From Candidatus Sumerlaeota bacterium (GTDB lineage Bacteria > Sumerlaeota > Sumerlaeia > JAFGJS01): 64,000 bases of DNA. The number at the start of each line of letters is the position of its first letter. The first letter of the stretch is position 1. The translations under genes and the position numbers were made by a program. Below, in pieces: positions 54,943-64,000 of this stretch. Where the stretch lies: contig JAFGJS010000030.1 in NCBI GenBank assembly GCA_016928995.1, forward strand, positions 37,776-101,775, given 5' to 3'. Under the pieces are notes generated by a model, which was given only the letters and a program-made list of their open reading frames with translations, ran no database searches and was not told the origin of the DNA.

Positions 54943-57900
54943 ATGCTGCGGACACATTTCAATAAAGCGAAACATAAAAGAGCGCTTTTTACGCGGCTTG
55001 CTATCGCGCTCTTTCTGCCATTGCTGGCGGCTCATACGCTGGCGCTGGATTGGACCAGCGCCAGCGTTCGCACGTTCGAGGCGAATGGCGAGCTTTATGC
55101 ATACGTCACGCAGTACGGGGATTTTTTCCTTAAAGGAAAACTGCGTGAGTTTTCGGACGTGCCGGATACCCCGCCGGATGATTGTTTCGTTTTTTTTGAT
55201 TCATCTCCGCTCGCCGTCATCAATGCCGCCACGGGCGATTTATCGTTGCGGGGCAAGGTGATTCATCAACCCTATATTGTCGATAACCAGTCGTTGAAGT
55301 TAAAATACTATAATCGGGACAATGAGATTGTCGCGGCGTTCTCCGAACAGGGCGATCTGTACTTACGGGGGCATGTATTATGTGACAATGAATATCAGGA
55401 CAGCTCGTTATCTCCCGATGTGCTGTTCGCTCAACGATCCCTATCCGTGCGGCTTCGCTGCGAGAATCAAATCAATCCAGACTGTGTAGATCCAAATACT
55501 CTACCGCGCTTGTCATGGACGGTGGACTACAATCACCTCGTGCAGCCTGGCTTGAGCGACATCGTTCAAACCGGATATGAAATACGAGTCTATCACAATG
55601 CGATATTGATGGCGATGGACGGCCTTGGAGCGTTGGGCTTCAAATTAAATACATATCTTTATCAGCAGCGGAACGACGATACGTTTCAATCTGTTAATAT
55701 ACCATTGAACATCAACGAGTTGATTCCAGGAAAAAGATACTATTGGAAGGCGATTATTTCATATTCCGCCAAAATCAATGGCGCGCCAGTTAAGTTTCAA
55801 TTAGATAGTTATCAAAGCAATCTGTATTATACTGCACGCGAAAGCCGGGAATCCTGGTTCGAAACGGGATTGCAGCATAGTACAACATCAACGCTGACGG
55901 CTGATAATGACTGGTGCATCGGCGACAATGATCCGATTGAATGGCTTGGCGCCGCCAAGCCCAGCGACGAATTCAAGCGCATTGATCGCTTGGGCGTGAA
56001 GTCGGAATATTATGCGTTCAATGCGGATAAGGATGCCGATGATCCGGAGAATAAAGGTTATCCGCATTATTTCATTCTGGACATGGCCCGGCGGCAGGAC
56101 AGTATAAAAGAAATACATCTCTATCCTGCGCAGTGGTTTCGATACAAAGCCAATAAACTCCAACTCGAAAACGGCCGGCGTCACAAGGATTTTCTCAATC
56201 AGTATTTCCTGTTTCCCATAACGCATGACATGGATCAATCGGGCCATTTAAAGATACAATCGGCGCGCGATGAGACATCGTCCTTTAGGGTGGTCGGCGA
56301 TTATCAGGTCATCGCGCCGAACGAAAATCAGCCTTATGCCAAGATTGTATTTCAAGACGCCCTGGACGGCGTGCGATACATTAAATTGTCCTTCTGTAAA
56401 CTTGCCAAAGCCGGAGACGGAGCTTACGGAGTCGCATTCGCTGAGATTGAGGCGTATAAGCAGGGCGCTACGGCGACAAATCCTGCAGCATATGCCAAGA
56501 ACAATAATATATTATTGAATGAGAATGATGATCCATCCGGACCGATTGTTATTTGTTATTCCGGATTTTATAACCTTGATCCGGCTACGCCATCAGAGGC
56601 GGCGCAATACGATATTTCCCGGACGCAGTTTCCCTATCCGGCCCAATGGGATCCGCGAAACGCCAATGATGGAACGCGTATTACCACTGCATATCCCGGC
56701 GGATCGGTTGTGTTTAGAAGAAAGTTGCCGCCACCGGTCGATCCCGGCAGACAGTATTTATATATCTCTGCCTTAGGATTGTACGAGGCCTTTATTGTGC
56801 AGATGAATGAGGCGGGCGGAATTGATCACATCGTTCGGATCGGCGATAATCAATTGGCTCCGGAATGGACTGATTATAAATCGCGCGTTCAATATCAGAA
56901 ATACGATATAACCGGCATGTTGTCCGGAGAGAACGATTATATTTATGTGACGCTTGTGGATGGCTGGTATGCGGGGCTGCAAGGCCCGATGGAATGGCGC
57001 CGTAGTTACGGCGAGTCGCCGAAGTTTATTATGCAGATTCGTAATTATGATGAGAACAAAGATCTGGCGCCAGGCGCACCGTGGTGTATATCGCATAGCG
57101 GTTCTCGCAAGCTGGGCGACGAGTCAAGGGGCGCCTGGGAGGTCGCGTATAACGGGCCGATTCGCGCGTTTTGTCATTATCGCGGCGAGGTTTGGGACGA
57201 GGACAAGGCTGACTTCAATAACTTGATCTTTACGACAAACGGGATCGAATCCTGGCCGGTTACGGATGTCAATTCACGTGCGAAGCCGATCGTGAAAATG
57301 CAGCAGGAGTATCGCCATCGCGATGGCTTGGAATCAAATCCATATGATATTAATTATTTCGCTGAGGAAGATTTGCATCACTCTATATCGTTGCAACCAC
57401 AATCGTATCCGCCGATGAAATTCACGCAACTCATGACGCCGGTCCGTCCCGCCTGGCGGCAGGATGACGGCGCCTGGGTGTTTGACTTTGGGCAAAATAT
57501 CGTGGGACGGCCCAGAATGAGATACACTGTTCCGGCAAACACGTTTTCCGAAGTTGGCATCGTTTTCGCGGATTTCCTGAGTCAGGAGGGCGAGAAGAAT
57601 AAGATCTATCTTGCATGCAACAAAGGCAATTACGCGATGGATCTATGCAAGAAAGATAATTCGCAAGGCGCTGAACCTTATATCGTCGATTTTCAGCCGC
57701 GGTTTTCCCGGCATCCGTTTCGATACATGGCGGTGTATGGCTTGGAAGAGACGCCTGCCGCCGATCCAAACTTTATTATTGAAGCCTATGCGTTGCATAA
57801 CGCCCTTGAACGGACGATTGATTTCGAGTGCTCCTCGCGGGATCTTAATCAATTGATGCGCAATATCATGTGGACGCAACGAAACGCGCTGATGGGGATG

Positions 57901-59406
57901 GTCGCCGATTGCAGCAATCGGCAGGAGGCGCTGAGTTATGCGAATAACAATTTCATGCAGACGTCGATGTATAATATGAACATGGCGCCGCTTTACCGGA
58001 AAGTGTTGGGCGACTTTTTCGACACTCGCAGAGGGACCGAGTTTTCATTGTTCGCGCCAACGGTGTCGCGCAATCATTTCATGTGGAATTTTCACGGATG
58101 GTCGGATGGCGTGTTTGAAATCCCCTATTATTTATATGTTAATTATGGCGATGATGAAGCTATCCAAAGTGATAGTATTTTCGATGGATTCAGGGATTAT
58201 CTGGATCATGTATTAAGCGAGAATACAGGGCTGATTAGTTATAATGAAGATACGTTGTGGGACCCGGGGTATTATTATTCCCGGCATTTTTTCGCCAGCG
58301 ATTGGTTGAATGAATCATCGATATATACGACGCCATCCGTGAAAAACGGCTGGGGCGATCATCTCGGGCCGCCCACGAGCCAAAGCGCCACTGACTATGA
58401 ACTGACCGGGATGGCGTTCATCGCGGATGATTGCCGCAAAATGCACCTGATGGATTTGATTAAAAACGGGTCGCAGAGCCTTGAAGGCAGCGTTCGATTG
58501 CATGCGACGTATGGCGAGCTGTTTGAGCGCATAAAGGCCGTTTTTAAGCAATGGTACACGCCCGATTCAATCGCCAGCGGCCACGTGCGCAACAGCAAAA
58601 CGGATAACAGCCTTGTCCATACGCAAGGGGCGTATGCGCTGCCAGTGTTCTTGGGGCTGCTTGACGACGTTTCCGGGATTTATGCACTCCGGCTGGCGCA
58701 GATTATCATGAACTGCCGATATGACCCTGCGTTGAATCAACATCTGACCACGGGCAATCACGGCGCCTGGCGGACGATGCGCGTCCTTGGGGATTCCGGC
58801 CAGTTCGCCGCGGCTTATGCGGCGTTGTTTCAGCGCGGTTGTCCGGGGTGGCTGTATATGATCGATCAGGGCGCGACAACGGTTTGGGAGCGTTGGGATA
58901 CGATGCTGGAAGACCGGACAACGAGCGATTCCGGCTATCCGGTTCCCTTTGCGCGGCCGGTGATGAATTCCGCCAGTCATCCGATGTTTTGCGGCGTGGG
59001 CGAATTTATTTACCGTTATATCGGCGGATTGCATCCGGACGAGGAACTGATCAATGATAATGGCGAGTCGCGCAATGTTCAGGGGTATAAAGAGTTTATG
59101 GTGAAATTCAGGCCGTCCGTGGAGCATGGCCTGACTCGCGCGCGGACCGAATATCAATCGGCTCATGGGCGTATCGTGATTCAATGGGAGTTGCAGGGCG
59201 CGACGGATGACAGCGAGTTGCGCTTGAATGTCGCTGTTCCGCCGAATGCATCGGCGAAAATCTGCATGCCTGCTCCCGGCGGCGCCAATTATATCGTCAC
59301 GGATCAAGCGAAGCACCAATTCGCTTCTGGCGGTATGGATGAAGATTATCTGGAGTTTACGGTGGGATCTGGGCGTCACGAGTTTATCCGCGCGTTAGTT
59401 CCTTAG
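54943..59406 (+). CDS. very large secreted protein with C-terminal GH78 alpha-L-rhamnosidase-like (six-hairpin) catalytic region and N-terminal beta-rich/discoidin-like modules
   Basis: Signal peptide MLRTHFNKAKHKRALFTRLAIALFLPLLAAHTLA. The C-terminal ~600 aa carry Bac_rhamnosid-like motifs (MVADCSNRQEALSYANNNF resembling DCPQRDERLGW, GATTVWERWDTM, HPMFCGVGEFIYRYIGGL). An upstream module (IKLSFCKLAKAGDGAYGVAFAEIEAY) looks like an F5/8-type-C discoidin fold. Confidence 0.6.
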   Translation: MLRTHFNKAKHKRALFTRLAIALFLPLLAAHTLALDWTSASVRTFEANGELYAYVTQYGDFFLKGKLREFSDVPDTPPDDCFVFFDSSPLAVINAATGDLSLRGKVIHQPYIVDNQSLKLKYYNRDNEIVAAFSEQGDLYLRGHVLCDNEYQDSSLSPDVLFAQRSLSVRLRCENQINPDCVDPNTLPRLSWTVDYNHLVQPGLSDIVQTGYEIRVYHNAILMAMDGLGALGFKLNTYLYQQRNDDTFQSVNIPLNINELIPGKRYYWKAIISYSAKINGAPVKFQLDSYQSNLYYTARESRESWFETGLQHSTTSTLTADNDWCIGDNDPIEWLGAAKPSDEFKRIDRLGVKSEYYAFNADKDADDPENKGYPHYFILDMARRQDSIKEIHLYPAQWFRYKANKLQLENGRRHKDFLNQYFLFPITHDMDQSGHLKIQSARDETSSFRVVGDYQVIAPNENQPYAKIVFQDALDGVRYIKLSFCKLAKAGDGAYGVAFAEIEAYKQGATATNPAAYAKNNNILLNENDDPSGPIVICYSGFYNLDPATPSEAAQYDISRTQFPYPAQWDPRNANDGTRITTAYPGGSVVFRRKLPPPVDPGRQYLYISALGLYEAFIVQMNEAGGIDHIVRIGDNQLAPEWTDYKSRVQYQKYDITGMLSGENDYIYVTLVDGWYAGLQGPMEWRRSYGESPKFIMQIRNYDENKDLAPGAPWCISHSGSRKLGDESRGAWEVAYNGPIRAFCHYRGEVWDEDKADFNNLIFTTNGIESWPVTDVNSRAKPIVKMQQEYRHRDGLESNPYDINYFAEEDLHHSISLQPQSYPPMKFTQLMTPVRPAWRQDDGAWVFDFGQNIVGRPRMRYTVPANTFSEVGIVFADFLSQEGEKNKIYLACNKGNYAMDLCKKDNSQGAEPYIVDFQPRFSRHPFRYMAVYGLEETPAADPNFIIEAYALHNALERTIDFECSSRDLNQLMRNIMWTQRNALMGMVADCSNRQEALSYANNNFMQTSMYNMNMAPLYRKVLGDFFDTRRGTEFSLFAPTVSRNHFMWNFHGWSDGVFEIPYYLYVNYGDDEAIQSDSIFDGFRDYLDHVLSENTGLISYNEDTLWDPGYYYSRHFFASDWLNESSIYTTPSVKNGWGDHLGPPTSQSATDYELTGMAFIADDCRKMHLMDLIKNGSQSLEGSVRLHATYGELFERIKAVFKQWYTPDSIASGHVRNSKTDNSLVHTQGAYALPVFLGLLDDVSGIYALRLAQIIMNCRYDPALNQHLTTGNHGAWRTMRVLGDSGQFAAAYAALFQRGCPGWLYMIDQGATTVWERWDTMLEDRTTSDSGYPVPFARPVMNSASHPMFCGVGEFIYRYIGGLHPDEELINDNGESRNVQGYKEFMVKFRPSVEHGLTRARTEYQSAHGRIVIQWELQGATDDSELRLNVAVPPNASAKICMPAPGGANYIVTDQAKHQFASGGMDEDYLEFTVGSGRHEFIRALVP

Positions 59407-59450
59407 CATGAAAAGGCAGTGAAGGTTTTCATGCGCTTTGGCGCGTCAGC

Positions 59451-60263
59451 CTAGTAGAACAGCGTGTATTCCTCGCCTTTGAATTCCACGACGACGGATT
59501 CGCTTTGAATGTCGATGATTTTAAGGCCGCGGATTTCGTCGCCGATATAGACCACTTGCTCGCAGACCATGGCCTTCGGCGCCTCTTTGCTCCAAATGAT
59601 GCCGTTGATCGTCACTTCTTCGATGCTCTCGATGGGCTTGGCGCCGCGGCTGTAGATCACTTTGCGTTTCGGACGCTGACTCGTCCCGGTTTCTTCCTGC
59701 GGCGCTTCGTCCTGGGCGTCGGCTTGTGTTTTTTCCTGAACTGCTTCCGCTTCGGGCGTCATCTCGAAATTCAGCTCCACGATTTGCATCGGGACTTCAT
59801 TTTCCGGCGCGGATGCGTCTGCGTCCGCCGATTTCGGCGTCGCCTCAGTGTGCGCGATCGGAGCTTGATCCGGCGGCTCTTCTGCAGTGATGGCCGGAGC
59901 GTCTGCCGGCGTCGTATGAGGCGCGAGCTCTTTGTTCAAGGTTTGAGGCTGCTGAACTAAGGCAGGAGCGGCGAGCTGCGGCGCTGTGCGGGATGCGCTG
60001 ATTGTCATTTGATACAGCAGCATGCCGCCGACGCCCGCCAATGCGATGATGGCCAGCGAAACAAGGACCGCGCCTGCGAAAATCAGGGCGCCGGTGTTTC
60101 CTCGCGCGGCGGAATGTTGCTGCTCTTCGCGCTCCGGTGCTTCTGTCTCGTCGTCGCCGCCTTGCTGGTAGGCCAGCTCGTTGTAAAGCTGGGAATCCTC
60201 CGTCGCTTGCTCCTGATCGCGTTCGCGTTTCGCCTTGGACAATGCATTCAGAATGATGCTCAT
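59451..60263 (-). CDS. GspB/ExeB-like protein (partner of ExeA), single-pass membrane
   Basis: N-terminal MSIILNALSKAKRE plus one TM, an acidic linker, and a C-terminal beta domain (...VCEQVVYIGDEIRGLKIIDIQSESVVVEFKGEEYTL) like the GspB/GspC HR region. 4-bp overlap with the upstream ExeA-like gene. Confidence 0.45.
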   Translation of the reverse strand: MSIILNALSKAKRERDQEQATEDSQLYNELAYQQGGDDETEAPEREEQQHSAARGNTGALIFAGAVLVSLAIIALAGVGGMLLYQMTISASRTAPQLAAPALVQQPQTLNKELAPHTTPADAPAITAEEPPDQAPIAHTEATPKSADADASAPENEVPMQIVELNFEMTPEAEAVQEKTQADAQDEAPQEETGTSQRPKRKVIYSRGAKPIESIEEVTINGIIWSKEAPKAMVCEQVVYIGDEIRGLKIIDIQSESVVVEFKGEEYTLFY

Positions 60264-62149
60264 AATGGCAGTTCCTCCCCTTCGGTCAGGCGGGGATGAT
60301 CGGCATGAAAGAGCAGCGAGAGATACAACGCGGTCCTGGCGTCGATTTCACCCGTGGCCTTGAGCTGGTGATAACGCTGAAAACGGATCAGCGCCTCTTC
60401 GGTGAAACGTCCATAGTTGCCATCCAGCGCGTAATCGTAAAATTTGCGCTCCTTGAGCGCTTGTTGCAGTTTCTTCACGCGTTCGCCCTCTTCGCCGCGC
60501 AAGACCTGATTGAGCCGCAACTGGTCGAAGTAAACGACGCGCACCGTCGCCACCCGGCGCGAAAGCCAGCTGCGCTGCACGATGCTGCAGCCCCAGATCG
60601 GATCGTGGATCGTGATCGCTTCGCCTTCCATGCGGCGCAACACAACCCACGGCGAGAGTTGATCCTGCCCTTCCGGCGTGATTTTCAACAGCAGCGGCAC
60701 GTCGTAAACCAGGGCTTTCTCCAGCCCCTCCTCCGCGTCGAACCACGCCACGCCCAAGCCGTAATTGGCGGCCAGTAAATCAAGCTCCGCCATTTGCTCG
60801 GCATCGCGTTCGTGCAGATCGCCCATGTTCGCCGGACGCACCCGCCATACGGAGAGCAAGCTCAAAACCGCGGCCGCCTGCGTCTGGTACGGCTCCATGA
60901 CTCGCAGGATTCCGTTCTCATCGTACTTCCAGGCGGTGTCCTGTGTCACGGGATTTTTACGCGGCTCCGGTTTCGGCGGTTCTGGCTCCGGCAGGTCGAT
61001 GGCGATGCGGACGTATGACGAAGCCGCGTTCTGCGCCTGCGCCGTTGCCGTCGTCGCGCCCGTTTCCAACTCCGGCGGCAGGGCGATGACCACCGGCGGA
61101 CGCGCCGCCGCATCGCTTTCAATTCCGGAGTCATCCGCCGCGCCGCCGATTTTTGCCAGCAGTTCATTCACGCCCATGTCGCGGCGGGACATCTCCTGCA
61201 GTCCGTAATACGCCCCGCCTCCCGCGGCGATCAGCAGCAGCGCCAAGGTCAGCGGCAGCCAGAACCGGCGGCGTTTGCTTTTTGGCGCGCCGCTCTGAGC
61301 GCGCCGCCTTGATCCTTTGGACGCGCGCGAGTCGTCAGCCCGCTTGCCTGTGATCTCCGACACGGCCTGGCGCACCATGCGCTCGTCCACGATGTACGAA
61401 CTCGCCACGTACGCCGCCATCAGCGCGTTGTCGCAGACCACGTTGATCTTGCGCGGCACGCCGGCGCTGTGCTCGAAAATCCGCCGCAGCGCTCCGGGCG
61501 TCCAATTGATTTCGATCTTCGCCTGCGCCCGGTTCAGCCGGTGCCGGATATACGCCGGGACTTCATCCTCCGGCAGCGGTTTAAGGTGGTAGCGCACGGT
61601 GATGCGCTGATTGAGCTGCTCGAGCTCCGGCAGCGCCATGATGTCGTTGAGCTCCGGCTGACCCATCAGCACGATCTGGATCAGTTTCTCGCTTTCGGTC
61701 TCCAGGTTGCTGATCATGCGCACCTGTTCGAGGGTTTCGGGCGCCATATTCTGCGCCTCGTCGATAATCAGCACGCATGTGCGGCCCTGGTTGAAGCGCT
61801 CGAGCAAGTAGATATTGAGCGCATCGATCAACCCCTTCTTTGTCTCCGCCGTGCTGTCGATGCCGAAGTCGTCGTTGATCGCGCGCAGCAGTTCGATGTC
61901 CGTGAGGTACGAATTGAAAATCACGGCGAATTCGATTTCCGATTCGCCCAGGTCGCGCAGCAGCGCGCGGCACACGGTCGTCTTGCCCGCGCCGACGTCG
62001 CCGGTGAGCATGATGAAGCCCTTGCGTTCCTGAATGCCGTAAAGCAGCGCCCCGATCGCCTCGCGGTGCTGCCGGCTGAGGTACAGGAAACGCGAATCGG
62101 GCGTCAGGTTGAAGGGCGCCTCTTCCAAGCCGAAAAATTTGTTGTACAT
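60260..62149 (-). CDS. ExeA/GspA (MshM)-family AAA+ ATPase with C-terminal peptidoglycan-binding domain
   Basis: Classic N-terminus MYNKFFGLEEAPF. Walker A LTGDVGAGKTT. TM segment. C-terminal PG_binding_1-like region (LKERKFYDYALDGNYGRFTEEALIRFQRYHQL). Confidence 0.75.
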   Translation of the reverse strand: MYNKFFGLEEAPFNLTPDSRFLYLSRQHREAIGALLYGIQERKGFIMLTGDVGAGKTTVCRALLRDLGESEIEFAVIFNSYLTDIELLRAINDDFGIDSTAETKKGLIDALNIYLLERFNQGRTCVLIIDEAQNMAPETLEQVRMISNLETESEKLIQIVLMGQPELNDIMALPELEQLNQRITVRYHLKPLPEDEVPAYIRHRLNRAQAKIEINWTPGALRRIFEHSAGVPRKINVVCDNALMAAYVASSYIVDERMVRQAVSEITGKRADDSRASKGSRRRAQSGAPKSKRRRFWLPLTLALLLIAAGGGAYYGLQEMSRRDMGVNELLAKIGGAADDSGIESDAAARPPVVIALPPELETGATTATAQAQNAASSYVRIAIDLPEPEPPKPEPRKNPVTQDTAWKYDENGILRVMEPYQTQAAAVLSLLSVWRVRPANMGDLHERDAEQMAELDLLAANYGLGVAWFDAEEGLEKALVYDVPLLLKITPEGQDQLSPWVVLRRMEGEAITIHDPIWGCSIVQRSWLSRRVATVRVVYFDQLRLNQVLRGEEGERVKKLQQALKERKFYDYALDGNYGRFTEEALIRFQRYHQLKATGEIDARTALYLSLLFHADHPRLTEGEELPL

Positions 62150-62362
62150 CGCCTCGCTGGTTTACCGTCTTTAAAAAGATTAAACGCCGTCAGGGCCTTC
62201 GGCGCTTGCCAGAAAAATTCAACATGAGCGCAGCCCCGCTGTAAAGTGCGGAATGCCTTGTCTTTTTGATTGATTCCGCCGAAACTACGTCCATGATAGC
62301 GCTCGAAACGCTGGATGCCGGCGTGATTTTGCCGGTTTTTAATTTTTCCATGAAAGATACTG

Positions 62363-63709
62363 ATGAACGCACTTCCTGTCATCGCCATTGTCGGCCGCCC
62401 GAACGTGGGGAAATCCACGCTGTTCAACCGCATTTGCGGCTCGCGCAAGGCCGCCGTGCTCGATACGCCTGGCGTCACGCGCGACCGCAATTACGAGGAA
62501 TGCGAGATCGGCGGACGCGGATTTATCCTGATCGACACCGGCGGCTATGACCCGGACGAGGATTCATCGCTTGCGTTCCATATGCGCGAGCAGATCGCAA
62601 TGGCTGTAGAGGAGGCGGACGCTATCATCCTGATTGTGGACCGCATGCAGCCGGACAATCCGATCGACCGCGAAATGGCGGAGAAACTGCGCCGCAGCGG
62701 CAAGACGTGCCTGCTCGCGGTGAACAAGTGCGACAACGTGCAGCAGGAACAGGAGGCGTGGGGTTTCACCGAGTTGGGCGTGGGCGAGGTTCATCCGGTG
62801 TCCGCGCTGAATGGCGCGGGCGTGGCCGAGTTGCTGGAAAACGCGCTGGAGTCGCTGCCGCATGTGGAGGCGCCGCCGAAAGATGAGGACGCGCTGAAGA
62901 TCGCCGTGGTCGGCCGGCCGAACGTGGGCAAGAGCACGCTGGTGAACCGCATTCTGGGCGCGGAACGGGTGATCGCCGATTCCACGCCTGGCACCACGCG
63001 TGACGCCATCGACATGCCCTTCACACGCGACGGGCGCAATTACGTCCTGATCGACACGGCGGGCATCCGGCGGCGCGGCAAGGTCGAGCGCGGAATCGAG
63101 AAACTCAGCGTGATGAGCGCGCTGATCAGCCTCAAGCGCTGCGACGTAGCGCTGATCCTGCTCGACGCCGAACGCGGCATCACCGACCAGGACACGCACA
63201 TCGCGGGCTACGCCGAAGAAAGCGGCAAACTGCTGATCTTCATCGTGAACAAATGGGACGCTGTGCCGGACAAGGACAATTCAAGCGCCGGCGACTTCGT
63301 CAAAAAAATCCGTCAGGAATTCAAATTTCTCCAGTGGGTTCCGATCCAGTTCATCAGCGCCAAAACCGGCGACCGGGTGGGGCGCATCTTCAAGATCATC
63401 GACGAGCTCATGCCGCAGTACGACTGCCAGATCCCCACGTCGCAGGTGAACGACGCGATTCAGCAGGCGCTGATCGATCATTCGCCGCCGATGCGCCGCG
63501 GCCTGCGGTTGAAGATCAAGTACGCCTGCCAGACCGGCTCCAAACCGCCGATCTTTTCGCTCTTCGTCAACGATCCTGGCCTGATCCACTTTTCCTATCG
63601 TCGCTATCTGGTCAACAAGTTGCGCGAATCCTTCGGCCTGACCAACGTCCCCCTCTGGCTCGCGCTCAAACGCAAGTCAACCAATCGCTACGTAAGCGAT
63701 GAGGATTAA
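62363..63709 (+). CDS. der: ribosome-biogenesis GTPase Der (EngA), tandem GTPase domains plus KH-like domain
   Basis: Two G domains (GRPNVGKSTLFNR and GRPNVGKSTLVNR) and a C-terminal KH-like domain. Confidence 0.9.
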   Translation: MNALPVIAIVGRPNVGKSTLFNRICGSRKAAVLDTPGVTRDRNYEECEIGGRGFILIDTGGYDPDEDSSLAFHMREQIAMAVEEADAIILIVDRMQPDNPIDREMAEKLRRSGKTCLLAVNKCDNVQQEQEAWGFTELGVGEVHPVSALNGAGVAELLENALESLPHVEAPPKDEDALKIAVVGRPNVGKSTLVNRILGAERVIADSTPGTTRDAIDMPFTRDGRNYVLIDTAGIRRRGKVERGIEKLSVMSALISLKRCDVALILLDAERGITDQDTHIAGYAEESGKLLIFIVNKWDAVPDKDNSSAGDFVKKIRQEFKFLQWVPIQFISAKTGDRVGRIFKIIDELMPQYDCQIPTSQVNDAIQQALIDHSPPMRRGLRLKIKYACQTGSKPPIFSLFVNDPGLIHFSYRRYLVNKLRESFGLTNVPLWLALKRKSTNRYVSDED

Positions 63710-64000
63710 AGCGCAACATGACATTGAGTGAAAAATCTGGATTACGAGGATAAGTGGCAGCATCAAACGATCGCAACAGAAGTTGCTTGCAACCTTCTAT
63801 CATTTATTTTATATTTAGAACATGAAAGATCGGTGATTCCGAGTTCGTCATCTCACCGGAAAAAGAGATTTTACCCAATCCCTCTCCAGCCGGATCAATA
63901 AACTGCACTCCATTTTCCATATAGATCTCTTGATTTGCAGCTATCGAAAATGAAAATGTGTAATTAAATTTTGGCGATTTTGGCAACCGAATGCCTTCGA

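Overview
This is a high-GC (~60-65%) chromosomal segment from a Gram-negative-type bacterium, inferred from Tol-Pal, Wzx/Wzy and type II/IV pilus-like components. The organism cannot be named from sequence alone. All calls come from reading the supplied six-frame translations and the DNA; no database searches were run.

Gene content in order:
- The 5' edge carries the end of an energy-converting (group-4/NuoD-like) hydrogenase large subunit and a ferredoxin-small-subunit fusion.
- Next come pal and tolB, a WecA-type initiating phosphoglycosyl transferase preceded by hexamer-repeat arrays, tRNA-Arg(ACG) and thiL.
- A ~22 kb Wzx/Wzy-dependent polysaccharide locus (7.2-29.5 kb, minus strand) follows. 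It encodes five GT4 glycosyltransferases, Wzy and Wzx. Sugar-tailoring enzymes include a Gfo/Idh/MocA dehydrogenase, a large ADH-Gfo fusion oxidoreductase, a DegT aminotransferase and a hexapeptide acetyltransferase. It also carries a SAM methyltransferase, a FemAB-like transferase, a pyruvyl transferase and WecB.
- The core of this locus (~11.8-28.1 kb) is noticeably lower in GC. It contains a block of atypical features: a cytoplasmic LamG-fold protein, an IVS-type four-helix-bundle gene flanked by inverted 8-bp repeat arrays with a perfect 29-bp hairpin, a signal-less FN3 protein, and a 12 x 21-bp tandem array of palindromic units.
- Downstream are ligA and a metallophosphoesterase, then a compact pilus/T2SS-like operon on the minus strand. 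It encodes two or three pseudopilins, an extended PilB/GspE ATPase, PilC/GspF and a double-FHA protein with a poly-acidic tail; no secretin, prepilin peptidase or major pilin is visible.
- The remainder holds asd, a DUF2723/GT39-like membrane protein, two divergent PAS histidine kinases with a receiver-only regulator, a VKOR-thioredoxin fusion and a large Wzy_C (O-antigen-ligase/PglL-like) protein. It continues with ftsQ-ftsA-ftsZ, a 1,488-aa secreted GH78 (alpha-L-rhamnosidase-like) protein starting 20 bp after ftsZ, an ExeA/ExeB-like pair and der.

I saw no CRISPR array, transposase or integrase.

The most unusual observations are the repeat-rich insertion inside the glycan operon and the FHA-linked minimal pilus/secretion operon, whose ExeAB partners sit about 20 kb away.
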